Made by a program: the position numbers and the translations under genes. Shown one piece after another: positions 1 through 12,600 of a DNA stretch of 64,000 bases. The notes below the pieces were generated by a model. The model had not been told where the DNA came from. It ran no database searches and saw only the letters and a program-made list of their open reading frames with translations. How positions within the stretch are numbered: the first letter of the stretch is position 1; each line of letters begins with the position of its first letter. The stretch is from Enoplolaimus lenunculus (taxonomy: Eukaryota). The stretch covers positions 558,001 through 622,000 of the forward strand of contig JASANG010003092.1 in NCBI GenBank assembly GCA_030248215.1, in the 5' to 3' direction.

Positions 1-1550
1 TGCTGGCAGATAGATATGTCTTGATCAGTATATATCGCAGGCTAGTAGCCACATCTCATGATGCAACCCTGGTTATTACAAATTTCTATGTGGGTATGGA
101 AGGATTTCAGATTATCTTACAAGCGCAGTTAAAACTTTTCTACGCGTGCCAAAATTTTCCTTGAAGGCAGAGCTCGGCTGCCCCCTTCTGGTCAAGCGCG
201 AGCAGTAGTTTGGTCCAAATGGCAATGACTTCCGGCTGCAGAGCCAAGATTGAAGTTAACTTCAGTGAAAATGAATATAAGGTTTGACTAAAAAATTAGG
301 TTTGTTGGATGTGCGACCAGTGCTATGTTGAGCGGCGCAGTGTTTTTATCAGGCAAAAGAACTACACGGCAAATAAAAATTTCTTCTCCTTTGAGATAAA
401 TTTTAACATCAAACCGCTACGGCCATAGAGCAAATTATACAAATCTATCATAACATGGTACATGTCATATTTTTATATATACATACATATAAATATATAT
501 AAATATATACATATATAATATGTAGATTTATTTGTGATCTGAGTTCTGAAGAATAAAAAATTTGCATTTTTATGACCACCATGTTCGATTGGCATCAAAG
601 TACCAAGGGAATATATACGCAGAATTTTATGGGATTTAATTTTTTTAAATTTTACCTCGAACGCATTATGTTTTAGAAGGAAATCTGATGTCTCTTTATG
701 CCACCGATAAGAGATGTCAGTTCAACGCCAAGGAGTATATCATGTGTACGAGGAACATGAAAAATTTTATAGCTAACGCTGCCATATGCTTTTAGGAACA
801 TTACAGTAACACAAAATTATATTCGTAAGCCCAACTCTGAGCCTAAATCCTCAACGTAAGGTTAAATCTGAAACCTAACCTGAGCCTAAGCCTGACGAAA
901 ATTAGTCGAAAGTCTAAGTTTATAGTCTATTATAGTATATACCACGAAATCGGCTCATTCCTTAAAGAAAAATAGACCCATAATACAATTATAGTTACAT
1001 AAATAAATTTATGGTTGCGCAATACTTTACTATGCTGGACGCCGCAACGCGCCCCATTACATTGCCGGACTCTGCCGTGCACCACCACACACCACCCGCA
1101 TGTTGCTCTGCGTTGTTGACAAAAATATTAGCAAAATCTTTTTGTTGGTGTGTTGTGATGGTTGGCGGCGGGCGGCAATTTTTAATAAGCTTTACCGTGC
1201 CGCGCACCGGCGTTTGGAGGCGTGTGGCGAGTATAGCGCAACCCTTAGAGTTCTTTGAATTTATTTCAAAAAACCACCGACCTAGTTGTAGCTATAAGAG
1301 CACTAGATATATGCTAACCGAAAGCTAATGTTTATTGTATAAATTGTGATGTTCATGACAAATTTCTGCAGCCGCCAACACCAAAATCACTGAGCTGTCA
1401 GGGCGCCTAAATCATGTGGTTCAACGTGGTTGCGTTGCTCAAAGAATGTCATTGAGAAAGCGCAACAGAATCAAATAGGGTAGTGGTCTTTAGAATGCTG
1501 ATGTACCAAATATTTGGTAAAATCCGTTATTTCAGGCATCGTTCGCTTAA

Positions 1551-1813
1551 CCCTTTCTCACATGAATATTTTCTATTTTCCCTGACACCTACTTTTACGC
1601 TAGTATTCGAACTCCAGTGACTGGAGTGGGAGGCGTACTCCATCACCACTCAGCTATAGGAGCTTGACGCTCGAGCCCGAGGGGGCTCTCACGTCTTGTG
1701 GTGATTTAGTACTATGTATACGTGTTGCAATTGTTAAACACGGTGCGATATATATTACTTAACGTATATACACTTCGCTGAGTTGCCTATAGGCAACTCA
1801 ATGTGAGAAGGGG
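1551..1813. mobile_element. piggyBac-type MITE
   Basis: TTAA on both flanks (1547-1550, 1814-1817); TIRs CCCTTTCTCACAT / ATGTGAGAAGGGG (12/13 match). Confidence 0.75.
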
Positions 1814-3629
1814 TTAATAATACAAAGCGACAAAATTTCACTCGAAACCCAAATCACAACGTTGTTCCTAGCCCTGCCTTCATAAAAACACTGATTTGAG
1901 TCAAAACTATACATATTTTCCAAAACTGTGGTTCTTGCCAGAAAACAAATACTTAATCAGAGCCTTTTTTCGGCTCTTTGATCAACTGGACATTTTTCAC
2001 AAGCACTTGAGAAAGCTAAACGTCGAACTATATATTCTACGATATTTTTTTGCAAAAATAATTACATAGCTAGTACGCTTAATAATCGTGTAGAAAAATA
2101 ATATACAACAGCCAGAAATATAGAGGTGACTGCGCAATACAAATAAATTTTCATATGTGCCGAAAAACATCAAGACGCTCACGATCGCGTACGTTTTTGT
2201 ATGTTAATTTAGAATCATGACTGTGAAAAAAGATTATGATCAAACGTACCTAAAATATATTTGTAATTTATATATAAGCATACGTGTAAACCACAATTTA
2301 AAGCTGAACAGCAACAAAGCGTGCAACCGAAGATTTGCCTCCGACTCTGGCTGAAAATTGAATTTTTGCCGAAGGTTCTGTCAACTTCGGCAGTGAAACT
2401 TTTTTACACTTTTATAAAGTTTTGTCGCTTTAGTGAATCTGTTCGTGTATTTTAGGTAATTTTCAAGGTCTCTTATTGGATTCTCTCAAAAAGACGGTCA
2501 AAAATCTTAACAAGGTTTTATAATGAGTTATTGTTAAAATTTTGAGAAATTATCTGGTGTTACTTAACGAACTGACAGATTTTGCTTCACCTCTATCCGG
2601 CAAATTTTTCGTCCTCTGGCTCAGTGGTTTGACCTTCTGTGGCTTCCTAAAGTGCAGAGTGTATGCAGTTAGTAAAAATAACGAAAAAGGATAGTGATCA
2701 AACTAACGGATACGCATTACACATACTTACCAAAAACAGATATTGAAGTATAAACGTTTCGGCCAATGTCAAGAACAGGGGCGGCACAGTATTATATGCA
2801 TATTCCTAAACCTAAGCCTAAGCAAAAATCTAAGCGTAAGAATGAGCATATTCTTAAGCCAATTTCTACATTTTTTAATGTTGACGAACGTTATCGCAGT
2901 TTATATAGAGTGGAGGAATGCCACGATACTTACAGTTAAATATGAACAGTGTTTACAAGTATTTCATTTTTACAGTTAAATATTGATCACAATTAACTAA
3001 AATTAAAATTCGAGTTTCGGTTTCGAGTTTGACTTCGAGTTCGACAAGATTAAATTCGAATTCTAGCTCAACCGAGTGTTGTTCTGTTTGGAATCTTGCT
3101 ATTTCGTTACATGAAATCGTCAATTGATCAAAGTCAAGTTTATCCCACGTTCTGTTTCGACGCAGTACATTTTGCGCTTACAAACGTCGGCCAATGTTTA
3201 CGTTTAGGAGTATCATGAAGCTTACGCATATTGTTAAGCCTACGAGCTGAAACATTTGTCTGAAGTATATATATTGCATAATATTAGAAAACACTCTAGA
3301 GCTAAAATATTTAGGGTTACCTCTAGTTGCTTGCTAGTGCTAGATCGATATAAGCATTAGAGCGTTTGAAATTCATTATTTTTCCAGCTTTAACATGATG
3401 CAGGTTGGAAGTACTACATTTTAATACATGGATAGAAAGTTCTAGGCTCGACACAAGCCGTAGTATGCACTTGCTTTAAGTATTAAAATTACTTAAAACA
3501 ACAATATATAACAAATTTGGAAAATACTTTCGGACAGGTATAGCTAGGTGGGCCCATGTTACTATAAGGGCCGTCCCAATTGTCCGGGACACAAATATAC
3601 CCGGAGTGCACACTTATGCGCTCCTGTTT

Positions 3630-3770
3630 ACATATGCACATGCAGATATATTTATGTAGGTATATATAATATATATACATATATATACACTCATATATAC
3701 ATATATACATATGTGTATATATGTGTAAATATATTATATATACATATATATACATACACACATATATATA
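3630..3770. repeat. (TA/CA)-rich microsatellite; continues at 5076-5220 on the other side of the HINE
   Basis: Degenerate TATA/CATA array. Confidence 0.9.
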
Positions 3771-5070
3771 CCAGTCGTAGTGGGACTACATTTATTAAGC
3801 GACGCTCGAACACACGTAAGGAATTAAGGTAATATGCAAATTAGTTATTAGCTAACTATTCATTTATCGGTTTTGGAGGTTTGTAAGCAATTTCCTCAGA
3901 TTTGTCGCACCCAAAAACCCTTGAGCCACCCTAATAATTTTTGGAATAATTTAAAAAGTCCTAATTTTGTCTTGTTAATTAAGCTAATATGCAAATTAGC
4001 TATTAGCTACTCTCTAAAAGCTTAAACGAACTTGATTTAAGCTTAAGCTAATCCACCAGTATTAAACTAACTTTCAAGATTAACTAAACTAACTGGTAGG
4101 ATTAAGCTTAAACTCATTTAAAATGTTAGTTATTTTCAGTTTAAGCTAAACTTAATGAACTCTTAAATACACTGCTGCACTTGTTACTTAATCTAAAAAT
4201 AAGTTTACTTAATCTCGTGTTAAACTTAAAAACACGTTAGTTTAAGTAAAACTTAAAATTCTAGTTTAGTTAGTCCGTCCAGCCATTTAAGTTTTACTTA
4301 AACTGATAATCAAGTTTAGTTAAGCTATAATTTAAGCTTAAGTTGTTAGAGAGTAGCTATTCAATTATCGGTTTTCAAGGTTTGTAAACAATTTATTCAG
4401 ATTCCTCGCACCCAAAAACATTCTGTAAACCCTAATAATTACTGAAATAATTTAAAAAGTCCTAGTTTAGTCTTGTCAATTAAGCTAATATGCTAGTTAG
4501 CTATTAGCTAACTATTCAATTATCGGGTTTGGATGTTTTTAAACTATTTATTCAAATTCCTTGCACCTCAAAACCCTTTAGTGCTGAAATTATATTGCTT
4601 TTAACTTTAATAATTAGTGAATTATTGTAAAAAGTCCTAATTTAGGCTTATAAACTATGCTAATATGCAAATTATCTATTAGGTAACTGCTCAATTTATC
4701 GGTTTTGGAGGTTTGTAAATAGTCTACGCAGATTCCTCGCACCAGAAAACACTTTAATGCTAAAATTAGATTGCTTCTAACTGTAATAATTAGTGAAATA
4801 CTGTGGAAAGTCCTAATTTAGGCTTAATTAATTATGAAAATTAGCCTGTAGCTAATAAACGGCTTAAAATTTTAAAACCCTAATGCGAGGTTAACACTCC
4901 AGGATAATTGGCTTTCAAACAAAAAAGTTTATCAAAATCGGTTTAGCTGTTCCTGAGATTCTTTTCGGACGAACAGACGGACAGACGGACAGACGGACGG
5001 ACGGACATCCACCTTTCGACTCCCAAGTACAAAACGTGAAACGCTTCGCGAAACTCCGAGCTTCGCTCAA
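3771..5070 (-). mobile_element. Helentron/HINE (DINE-1-like) non-autonomous element, copy 1
   Basis: Colinear with 12170-12801; 5' end TTGAGCGAAG, (GTCY)n microsatellite, about four internal tandem units of 160-180 bp, 3' hairpin GTAGT-CCC-ACTAC then CTGG. Confidence 0.75.
4010..4353. mobile_element. Tc1/mariner-type MITE with TA TSD, inserted in HINE copy 1
   Basis: TA|CTCTCTAAAAGCTTAA...TTAAGTTGTTAGAGAG|TA (14/16 TIR match); interrupts one HINE tandem unit and is absent from copy 2. Confidence 0.72.
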
Positions 5071-5220
5071 TAAAATATATGTGTGTATATATGTATATAT
5101 GTATATAATACATATATACACATATATGTCTGTATATATGTATATATATAATACATATATACGTGTATATAAATATATATACACATATATACATATATAC
5201 ATATATATGCACATATATAT

Positions 5221-5800
5221 CTGTCCCATCTGTCATAAGTGTCCCATCTGTCCCATCTGTCCCATCTGTCCCAACTGTCCCATGTGTCCCAACTGTCCCA
5301 TCTGTCCGAACTGTCCCATTTGTCCCAACTGTCCCATATGTCCCAAGTGTCCCAAGTGTCCCAACTGTCCAATCTGTCCCAACTGTCCCATCTGTCCCAA
5401 CTGTTCCATCTGTCCCAAGTGCCCCAACTGTCCCATCTGTCCCAACTATCCCAACTGTCCCAACTGTCCCATCTGTCCCATCTGTCCCAACGGTCCCATC
5501 TGTCCCAACTGTCCCATCTGTCCCAAGTGCCCCATCTGTCCAACTGTCCCATTTGTCCCAACTGTCCCAACTGTCCATCTGTCCCAACTGTCCCATCTAC
5601 TCAACTGTCCCATCTGTCCCAACTGTCCCAACTGTCATATCTGTCCCAGCTGTCCCAACTGTCTCATCTGTCCCAACTGTCCAATCTGTCCCAAGTGTCC
5701 CATCTGTCCCAAATGTTCCAACTGTCCCAACTGTCCTATCTGTCCCAGCTGTCCCAACTGTCCCACTGTCTCATCTGTCCCAACTGTCCCGCTGTCCCAA
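5221..5800. repeat. 9-bp minisatellite (CTGTCCCAA/CTGTCCCAT)n
   Basis: Directly visible tandem array; produces repetitive ORFs in all six frames. Confidence 0.95.
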
Positions 5801-6382
5801 TAATTATGGGCCATCCACGTTATAATGCGCTCGCTAAGTTAAAAATTTGTCCAACCACCCGGTAGGGATCTGTGTACAAATTGAAGGTGCAACTAGCGTG
5901 TAGGTACAATTTTATGCGGTACGTAGACACTATTAATTGTCCCGACACTGTCCGAAGGGAGTCGGGACAAAAGGGTAAAAAATTAAGCATAATCAATAAG
6001 TGTATATGTGTGTTTGTGTTGTTGTTATGTATGTTTGCTATGCTATATGAACACAGTGCAATATGTCTTTACGGCTTCGTTAGGGCTACCGGACATTACA
6101 TTGGTCTCGTAATAGTGTGTTAAAGCAACGTCGGGTCGTACTAAGACCCTGACATTTTTTTGCAGTCGCGCGTGCTGTATAACGTGGGTGTTCCATTATA
6201 TTTTTGGAATGTACTCCTGGTACATTGCTGTCCCGGGAAAATGGGACGGGTACTCCTGGTACATTTCTGTCCCGGGAAAATGGGGCGGCCTTTAAAGTAA
6301 CATTGGCCGCTAGGTGTATGATAATTCGAAGTTCAAATCTAGACACCGGATCTTCAATTCGGTGGCACGTCAAGTACGTGGT

Positions 6383-6579
6383 ATAGAACAGGGTCGAAAC
6401 GTTTCCATGTGGGGCTATAATAGAGTCAGCTTAAGCTTTAGACTAATATTTTTGCATAGGCTTTAGGCTTAGGCTTAGGCTTAACCTTAGGAATAGGGTC
6501 ATCCTTACGCTTAGACTTAGGCTTAATAGGAGAAGGAATATGCTCGTACTATTGTTCCGGCCCTGTTCTATACATGGCC
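6383..6579. mobile_element. MITE carrying nematode telomere-like (TTAGGC)n
   Basis: TIR ATAGAACAGGG / CCCTGTTCTAT(ACATGGCC); internal TTAGGCTTAGGCTTAGGC; colinear with 8805-9003. Confidence 0.75.
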
Positions 6580-8036
6580 AACAACAAAAGTATACAGAAA
6601 ATAAACGCGTCTTGGCGATATATTTTTGCTAGCTTCTTTCTCCTTATATGGCAATTTTTACATAAATAGAACAGCTCATGTAAAGATCTGGAGCGGAACG
6701 TTTAGACTATTTTTTGCTAAGGCTAGGCTTAGGTACAAAGACCCATTCCGTCATATACACTTTATGAAATACTCTTGACCAGTGGCATATTAGCCTTGAG
6801 GCAGACAAGTAACGTGCGTAAAGGCCACAAAATTCCAAACTATCATGTCAAGCCAAAAATGTTTTGGGCGATGATAAAGCACAATTTATTTCATATATAT
6901 TTTACCTATGTTACAAAAGTTCTGCGCCCTGTTTAAAATTGTTGAAATTTACTTCAAAGGAAGCCACAGCTTCAATCCAGCAGTCAGCACTGCTGCTGAC
7001 ACAGTCGATGCGTCCATTTACTAATGCAATATTGCACTATAAAATGCACGAACGAATGTTGAATTTACACAACAGTGATGTCGTGTTCTCCATTGTTAGT
7101 AAAACTTTTGACTCCTCTCGAAGCGGTTCCAAAATCATTGTAAACCTCGAGATAAAAGATAGAATTTAGGATAAATTCAGCATATTTTGTTGATTAGTTT
7201 ACCTAAAGCCAACCAAGATTAAAGCTTGAATAAAGCATTAAAAGACTAATTAAACACACAGAGTTTAATAAATGCAGCAAACCACTGTCAAATTGCAAAA
7301 AGCAACAAAATGTTTAAGTTTTTAAACTGTCAGCTTTTACGAGATTAAAGGTGGAGCAACAAGTGCTAAGCTTTATTGTGTGAGGTTATATATACAATAT
7401 GTATAGTTGCATAAAATTGATATATGCAGAGGGACAACCTTTGAGACAGGGGGCTGTGTGTTAACTATTCACAGTACGTATATCGCTAGTGCTTGTATAA
7501 ATAGATGAGGTCAATCCTAATGTCCCAAGAATTAATAGCCCAATTTCTCATAATAGCAATATTTCAGGTAGTACTCCAATTTCCGAGTGACAATATTTTG
7601 GGCTATATGACAAGCTCGTAGCCAGCTCATTTTGCAAGGGGGCTTGAAAATTGTTAGGAGCAGCATATACAAGAGTTAAGTGGATAATAGCGTAAAGTGG
7701 GCGCAAAATCCAGCATCTTTCAGCAGCTTGAAAAAGCATGTAGAAACTTCACTATATTGGGCAATCGAAAAATTATACTCAGAACGTGTTGAGCGTTTTG
7801 TCAGTACCTCATAGCGGCTGAATGGTTGTGAAAAGGTTTTAAAAATAAGTATAAGTTTTTATTATACAAATTAGCTTCTCTTGACTCCAGGACAAAAGGA
7901 TAGAGCATCCGAATGTCCATTATGGAAACAAGCCACTGAACTGGGTAAAAATTCGCAAGTGGTCTTTTTCTGGAACTTTTGCGGTGGCTAAAAGCAGCGT
8001 CAAAATTCGCTGTTGCGCCAAATGTGAAATGCAATC

Positions 8037-8193
8037 GGCCCATGCAAAGATCAGGGGCGCCACGTTTATCGGTGAGATAAAAAGAGTAAGTTTAAGCTTT
8101 AGACTAATTTTTTGCTTGGCTTAGGCTTACACTTTAGGCTTAGGTTTAGGAATATGCTTATATACCGTTCCGCTGTCGTTCTTTACATTGGCC
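8037..8193. mobile_element. Shorter GGCC-terminated TTAGGC MITE
   Basis: GGCCCATGCAAAGATCAGGGG ... GTTCTTTACATTGGCC with an internal TTAGGC patch. Confidence 0.6.
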
Positions 8194-8804
8194 GGCAATT
8201 CGAAATGGTGTTCCACTTCTCCGCTTGCCCGCAGTTTCATGTTCTGCTATTAAACAGGACACCATCCGTCTAAATGTAAAAATGGTGAATGTGTAGTACA
8301 CTGGATTGGTTAGAGACATGTTTGAAGGCCATCTGTGATTAAGATTATATATTTCGGACTTTAAGCCACAAAACAGAAATGAAGATTTCATAAGCGCTCA
8401 GCTACATAGTCAAGTTATCTGTTTCATCGCAACGCAATACCATGTTTTGTCGAAAATACAAAACGTATTTAAAGTACTCAGTATAGTGTTCTGTAAACAA
8501 ACGATTCAGTATAAAAACTTCCGCATTTAAACTGTTTCAATGGTAATGTTTGAAAGCTTTAATATGACTTTAGCATTGAAACTATTCTTTCGCGAACCGT
8601 TTTGCAAATTCGAATATCCAAATGGAATGCTTAACAGAAGACCACATGTTTCAGGATTGTCTGTACAACGCAAATGTGAAGCGATGCTAACGTTTTACTC
8701 TTGTTTATAAAAGAACTTTAGGTTTAGCTTCTTTATAACCCAGGAAGTTTCAGTTTTCTCTCTTGTTTACGAAAACAATTAGTAGGTCGATTTTTAAAAA
8801 CCTG

Positions 8805-9003
8805 GGCCATATATAGAACAGGGCCGGAATGTTCCCCTGCGGACTATGATAGAGTAAGCTTAAAGCTTTAGTAGACTAACATTTTTTCTTAGGCTTAGTC
8901 TTAGGCTTAGGCTTAGATATAAACTCAACCTTACGCTTAGTTTAAATTAGGTTTAGGGTTAGCAATATGCTAATACTGCAGATCCGTCCCTGTTCTATGG
9001 GCC
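8805..9003. mobile_element. MITE carrying (TTAGGC)n, same family as 6383-6579
   Basis: GGCCATATATAGAACAGGGCCGGA ... TCCGTCCCTGTTCTATGGGCC. Confidence 0.75.
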
Positions 9004-9285
9004 GAAATTTGATGCAAACGATTTAGCGAAAATCCGAATTCCGAGAAGATTCATAGCTAGTGTAGCGTTATTTAACAATCTGGTTAATATGAACTTGGAT
9101 TAGGTTGCGCAGTGAGTTTTTGGGCATTGTGTATAAATTTAGTGAGCAGCAGTTGGTATTTATATCCTGTAAATTATTGTCGGAGGATTGAATTGTGTAA
9201 TTCTGAAAGTATAGCTGGTTAAGAGTGTAGAGTGTTGGTACTATACGGTCTGCACGACCCCTGTTTGAAGTTTTGCCAAAGTTAA

Positions 9286-9357
9286 TGACCACGCCGGGAA
9301 TCGAACCTCGGCCCTCTTGCGCTCGAGCCAAGCATGCAACCACTACACCACGCGGTC
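9286..9357 (-). tRNA. tRNA-like gene (anticodon reads CGA/Ser but short variable arm); probable pseudogene or tRNA-derived SINE head
   Basis: Minus strand: GACCGCG TG GTGT AGTGGTT GCAT G CTTGG CTCGAGC GCAAG AGGGC CGAGG TTCGATT CCCGG CGTGGTC A. Fully paired 7-bp acceptor stem (one G-U), A-box TGGTGTAGTGG, B-box GGTTCGATTCC; G.G mismatch in the anticodon stem and a bulged or mismatched T-stem. Confidence 0.75.
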
Positions 9358-9604
9358 GTTGCAACAACTTCTTATACCGGTATATGTGCACAGGCATGGC
9401 AACATTTGCTTTACATACACTTACGTGCACATATACCGACATAGAGTACGGTGATATGTACCCGTTGAGGAAGCTCGTTACCTTAGTATAGGTTTTGTTT
9501 TTCAGCATATTATATATACGTAAAATACTGACCTTTATTCAAACTTTATTGTAATTGCGATCTTTGTTGCACAGCTTCACTTACAAAATAAAAAGCAGGA
9601 TTCA

Positions 9605-12600
9605 ATGTGTAGCGGACGCATATGGAGCGGCAGCATGACATATTATCAACGAGCTTGCCTTGTATCGTCAATGGAAGGTAAGTTTATGACGGACGGAAGA
9701 TAATACCCATGGTGCAAGCTGGAACTGAATCATACCGGAATCCGAATTGGAACAGGATATTTATACTGGAATCTGAATTGTAAATTCTCAGAGCTCAGAG
9801 CTCACACGTGTTACATTCTAGTTTTGTTACATGTATTTGGTGTTTGTTTCTATGATAAGTGCCATGAAATATATACGAAATGTGAGCGGATAAGTGATAC
9901 AAGCACCGTTTGTTATGAAACAATAGAACTGTAGGTAAATTTCTCGCGTAATTGTAACAATGCAAGTTGGAAATAGGATGGTGTCGGTACCAAATTTTTT
10001 GTGGATGCCGATATTTATTTTGAAAATGTACCGATGCCGATTCCAATTTTAATGCACGATACAACATTTCATCATAGATGCGAAAACTTAAACATTAACA
10101 ACTGTAAAAAATTATAATTTCATTATAAGAGTTCATTTCAGTTAATTTTCTTCAACCCAAACGCAAAAGAAATATCGGTTTCCCTGATCAAATGACCCGA
10201 TACACGCCAGGGAGTGAAATTGATGACATTCAATTATCGGCAAAGAATCGGTAATTTTTGCATTGCGATGCCGATACTCACCTCACTAAAGGCGCCGATT
10301 ATTATCGATGGTGATGTCGATCAATCGGCACATCCCTGGTTTAGGAACGATGAAAAATTGCGATAACGATTGGTTTTCTATCTACAGTCGGAATCGGAAT
10401 TGGACTCCAATTGTAATTATATCCTTAATCGGAATTCGGGCTGCTCCCTAATAATAACATAGCTGAATGTAGCTTATTAGAATTTCTATGTCTTTCAAAA
10501 GCTCGCCGTAGCCAAAACTAGATATTATATAAATGCGTACTTCAATTGTCAACAATTAACGCCACTCGATTTTGTCATTTTGAATATGTAAAACTCATTA
10601 CTAACATTAAACTATCACAAACAGTGCGAATTTCCAAATTTTGTTTTGTAGTTTTCGTCAAGCAAAAAGCAAGATCGGCGAGCAGAACATTCCGCTGTCG
10701 ATAAAACGCTCAAGTGACAAGCGGTACTGGAAATCGTTCAATGACATGGCAACTGTTCAAGATGCCAAGGCATATCATATTTGTTTTCTTCGAATATTTA
10801 TATCGATATTTAGGTCACGCCAAATACCGGTCAATGTGGGTTTTAAAAGGAATCCAATTGACGCTTATGTTAGTTAATTTCTGTTTAAAAGATAAACAGC
10901 AAAATCGCCGATTATATGTTTAGTTTGATAATTTTTCAAAAGAATGTATTGTACGTAGTTGATAAAACGGGCTGATTAAAATCATTTGTATATTTCAAAG
11001 TATATATGTTTTCCTATATATTGGTACAGCTGCTGAAATACAAAGTTTTTTACTTCAGAATGCTTTGGCCGAAAACTTGCACCATTCCAACATAAAAACT
11101 GCCGCTGCGATTTGTTGTTCGCAAGCGAATGATTCAGCGCAAAAGGATACTGAAGTATTAAATGAATTTGTGCCAACTGCTGAAGTGCCTTCAAACAGCC
11201 AACTCAGTATTGAGGACCAAAATTTGAAAGATAACGGTAACTGTAATATTATCAAAAATATGACTGGATCTGGAGTAACATCTGATACATTCAAGGATAT
11301 GACATTTGACAATTCCTCAATTAATGTTGCTGTTGGACTAGATAATACATTGTTAGGTCAAGATGACACTTGCAATTGTGTAGAGGAACAGGTTTTACTG
11401 GATAATACTGAAGCAGTTAAAATAAATGCAGAAGTTAAACAATCAGTGGAGACGGTACCAGATGATAACGCGATTGTGGCCCAGCACGACTGTGGCAGTG
11501 GCGTATCGACAAACCTTGAGTTATCGATTATTGAGGAAGCTGACGATGAAGATGGCACAGCAATTGGCACCTTACATGCGTCAAAACATGGTAAGTCGCG
11601 TATCACAAATACTACTAGTGTTGTGGAAAACATAGACGTCCAACGCGAGCCTAATAATGACGAAGCAGACGTTCAGATCTCTTCCACATTGAACAATGAG
11701 ATGTTACCATTTTGTAACATTTTGGGTGTTGACGATTGCGCTGAAAACGCAAATGGAATACCTGGTGAAGCTGAGGGGAGGCATGTCTGTAGCATCATGG
11801 TAGGCGCAGACAGCAAATCCACACCGCCATTGCCGATATTTGACGGCTGTGGGGGTCTTAATGTAGAAGTCGATGACGAGTCCGATTCGTCCTGTTTGTT
11901 GAGTTCCGGGGAAAATGAAGACGGTGAAGATGAATTCTTTGATCCAGTTCCTGTTGATGGATTGAGTCCTGTGTTGTCCGAGGATGATTTAGCTGAAGCT
12001 GTCGATGAAGGCAATGATGAGATGTGTGGTATTAGTAATGATGCTAATCCGAATCGTGACAGTGATAAACCGATTGAAAAAGCAAAAAGCGGTGCAGGTG
12101 GTGTGAAACTTGGTGAATATCAGGTAAGTGGTAGTTGTACGTACAATCAGTAGATTATACACCTGTCTACCAGTCGTAGTGGGACTACATGTGTTGAGCG
12201 AAGTTCGAACACACGTAAGCAGCTAAGTTAATATGCAAATTAGTTATAAGCTAACTATTTATTTTTTGGTATTGGAGTTTTGTAAACAATTTAGTGAGAT
12301 TCCTCGCACCCCAAAGCACCCCAAAACCCATCAGTAACCCTAATAATTTGACAAATAATTTAAAAGCCATTATTATTTAGGCTTATAAATTAAAATTATG
12401 CTTATATGCAAATTATCTATTAGCTAACTACTCAATTATCGGTTTTGGAGGTTTGTAAACAATTTATTGACATTTCTCGCATCCAAAAGCTCTTAAGTGC
12501 TGAAATTAGATTGCTTGTAACTGTAATAATTAGTGAAATAATGTAAAAAGTCCTAATTTAGGCTTAATTAAGTATGCAAGTTAGTCTGTTGCTAATAAAC

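Larger units (their letters stand above)
3551..6308. mobile_element. Merlin-like (GG..CC termini, 8-bp TSD) non-autonomous element, expanded by nested insertions and a satellite
   Basis: Exact TSD GCTAGGTG at 3543-3550 and 6309-6316; about 40-bp TIRs GGCCCATGTTACTATAAGGGCCGTCCC.. / ..GGGGCGGCCTTTAAAGTAACATTGGCC; inner inverted pair about 5799-5851 vs 6152-6204. Confidence 0.8.

Noticed and set aside
677..824. Possible + strand exon (ttttag...gtaagc)
   Set aside because: The best frame hits TAG near 793; no recognisable product
1013..1243. ORF 1011-1328 and GC-rich patch
   Set aside because: Bounded by the imperfect inverted repeat GGTTGCGCAATACT / AGTATAGCGCAACC, so probably an old MITE; no TSD found, so not listed as a feature
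4915..5865. Overlapping ORFs with CPxCPx, WDRWDS, VPTVPS or GTDGTV repeats (metallothionein- or antifreeze-like look)
   Set aside because: Translations of a 9-bp satellite and a TA microsatellite inside a TSD-bounded transposon; open in all frames
6460..6530. Telomere or de novo telomere addition site
   Set aside because: Only a few degenerate TTAGGC units, enclosed by MITE TIRs with ordinary sequence on both sides
7500..8036. Coding-like stretch
   Set aside because: Only short open segments on either strand, no recognisable domain and no consistent splice chain
9068..9508. 146-aa ORF overlapping the tRNA-like gene
   Set aside because: No recognisable protein features; better explained by the tRNA-like sequence
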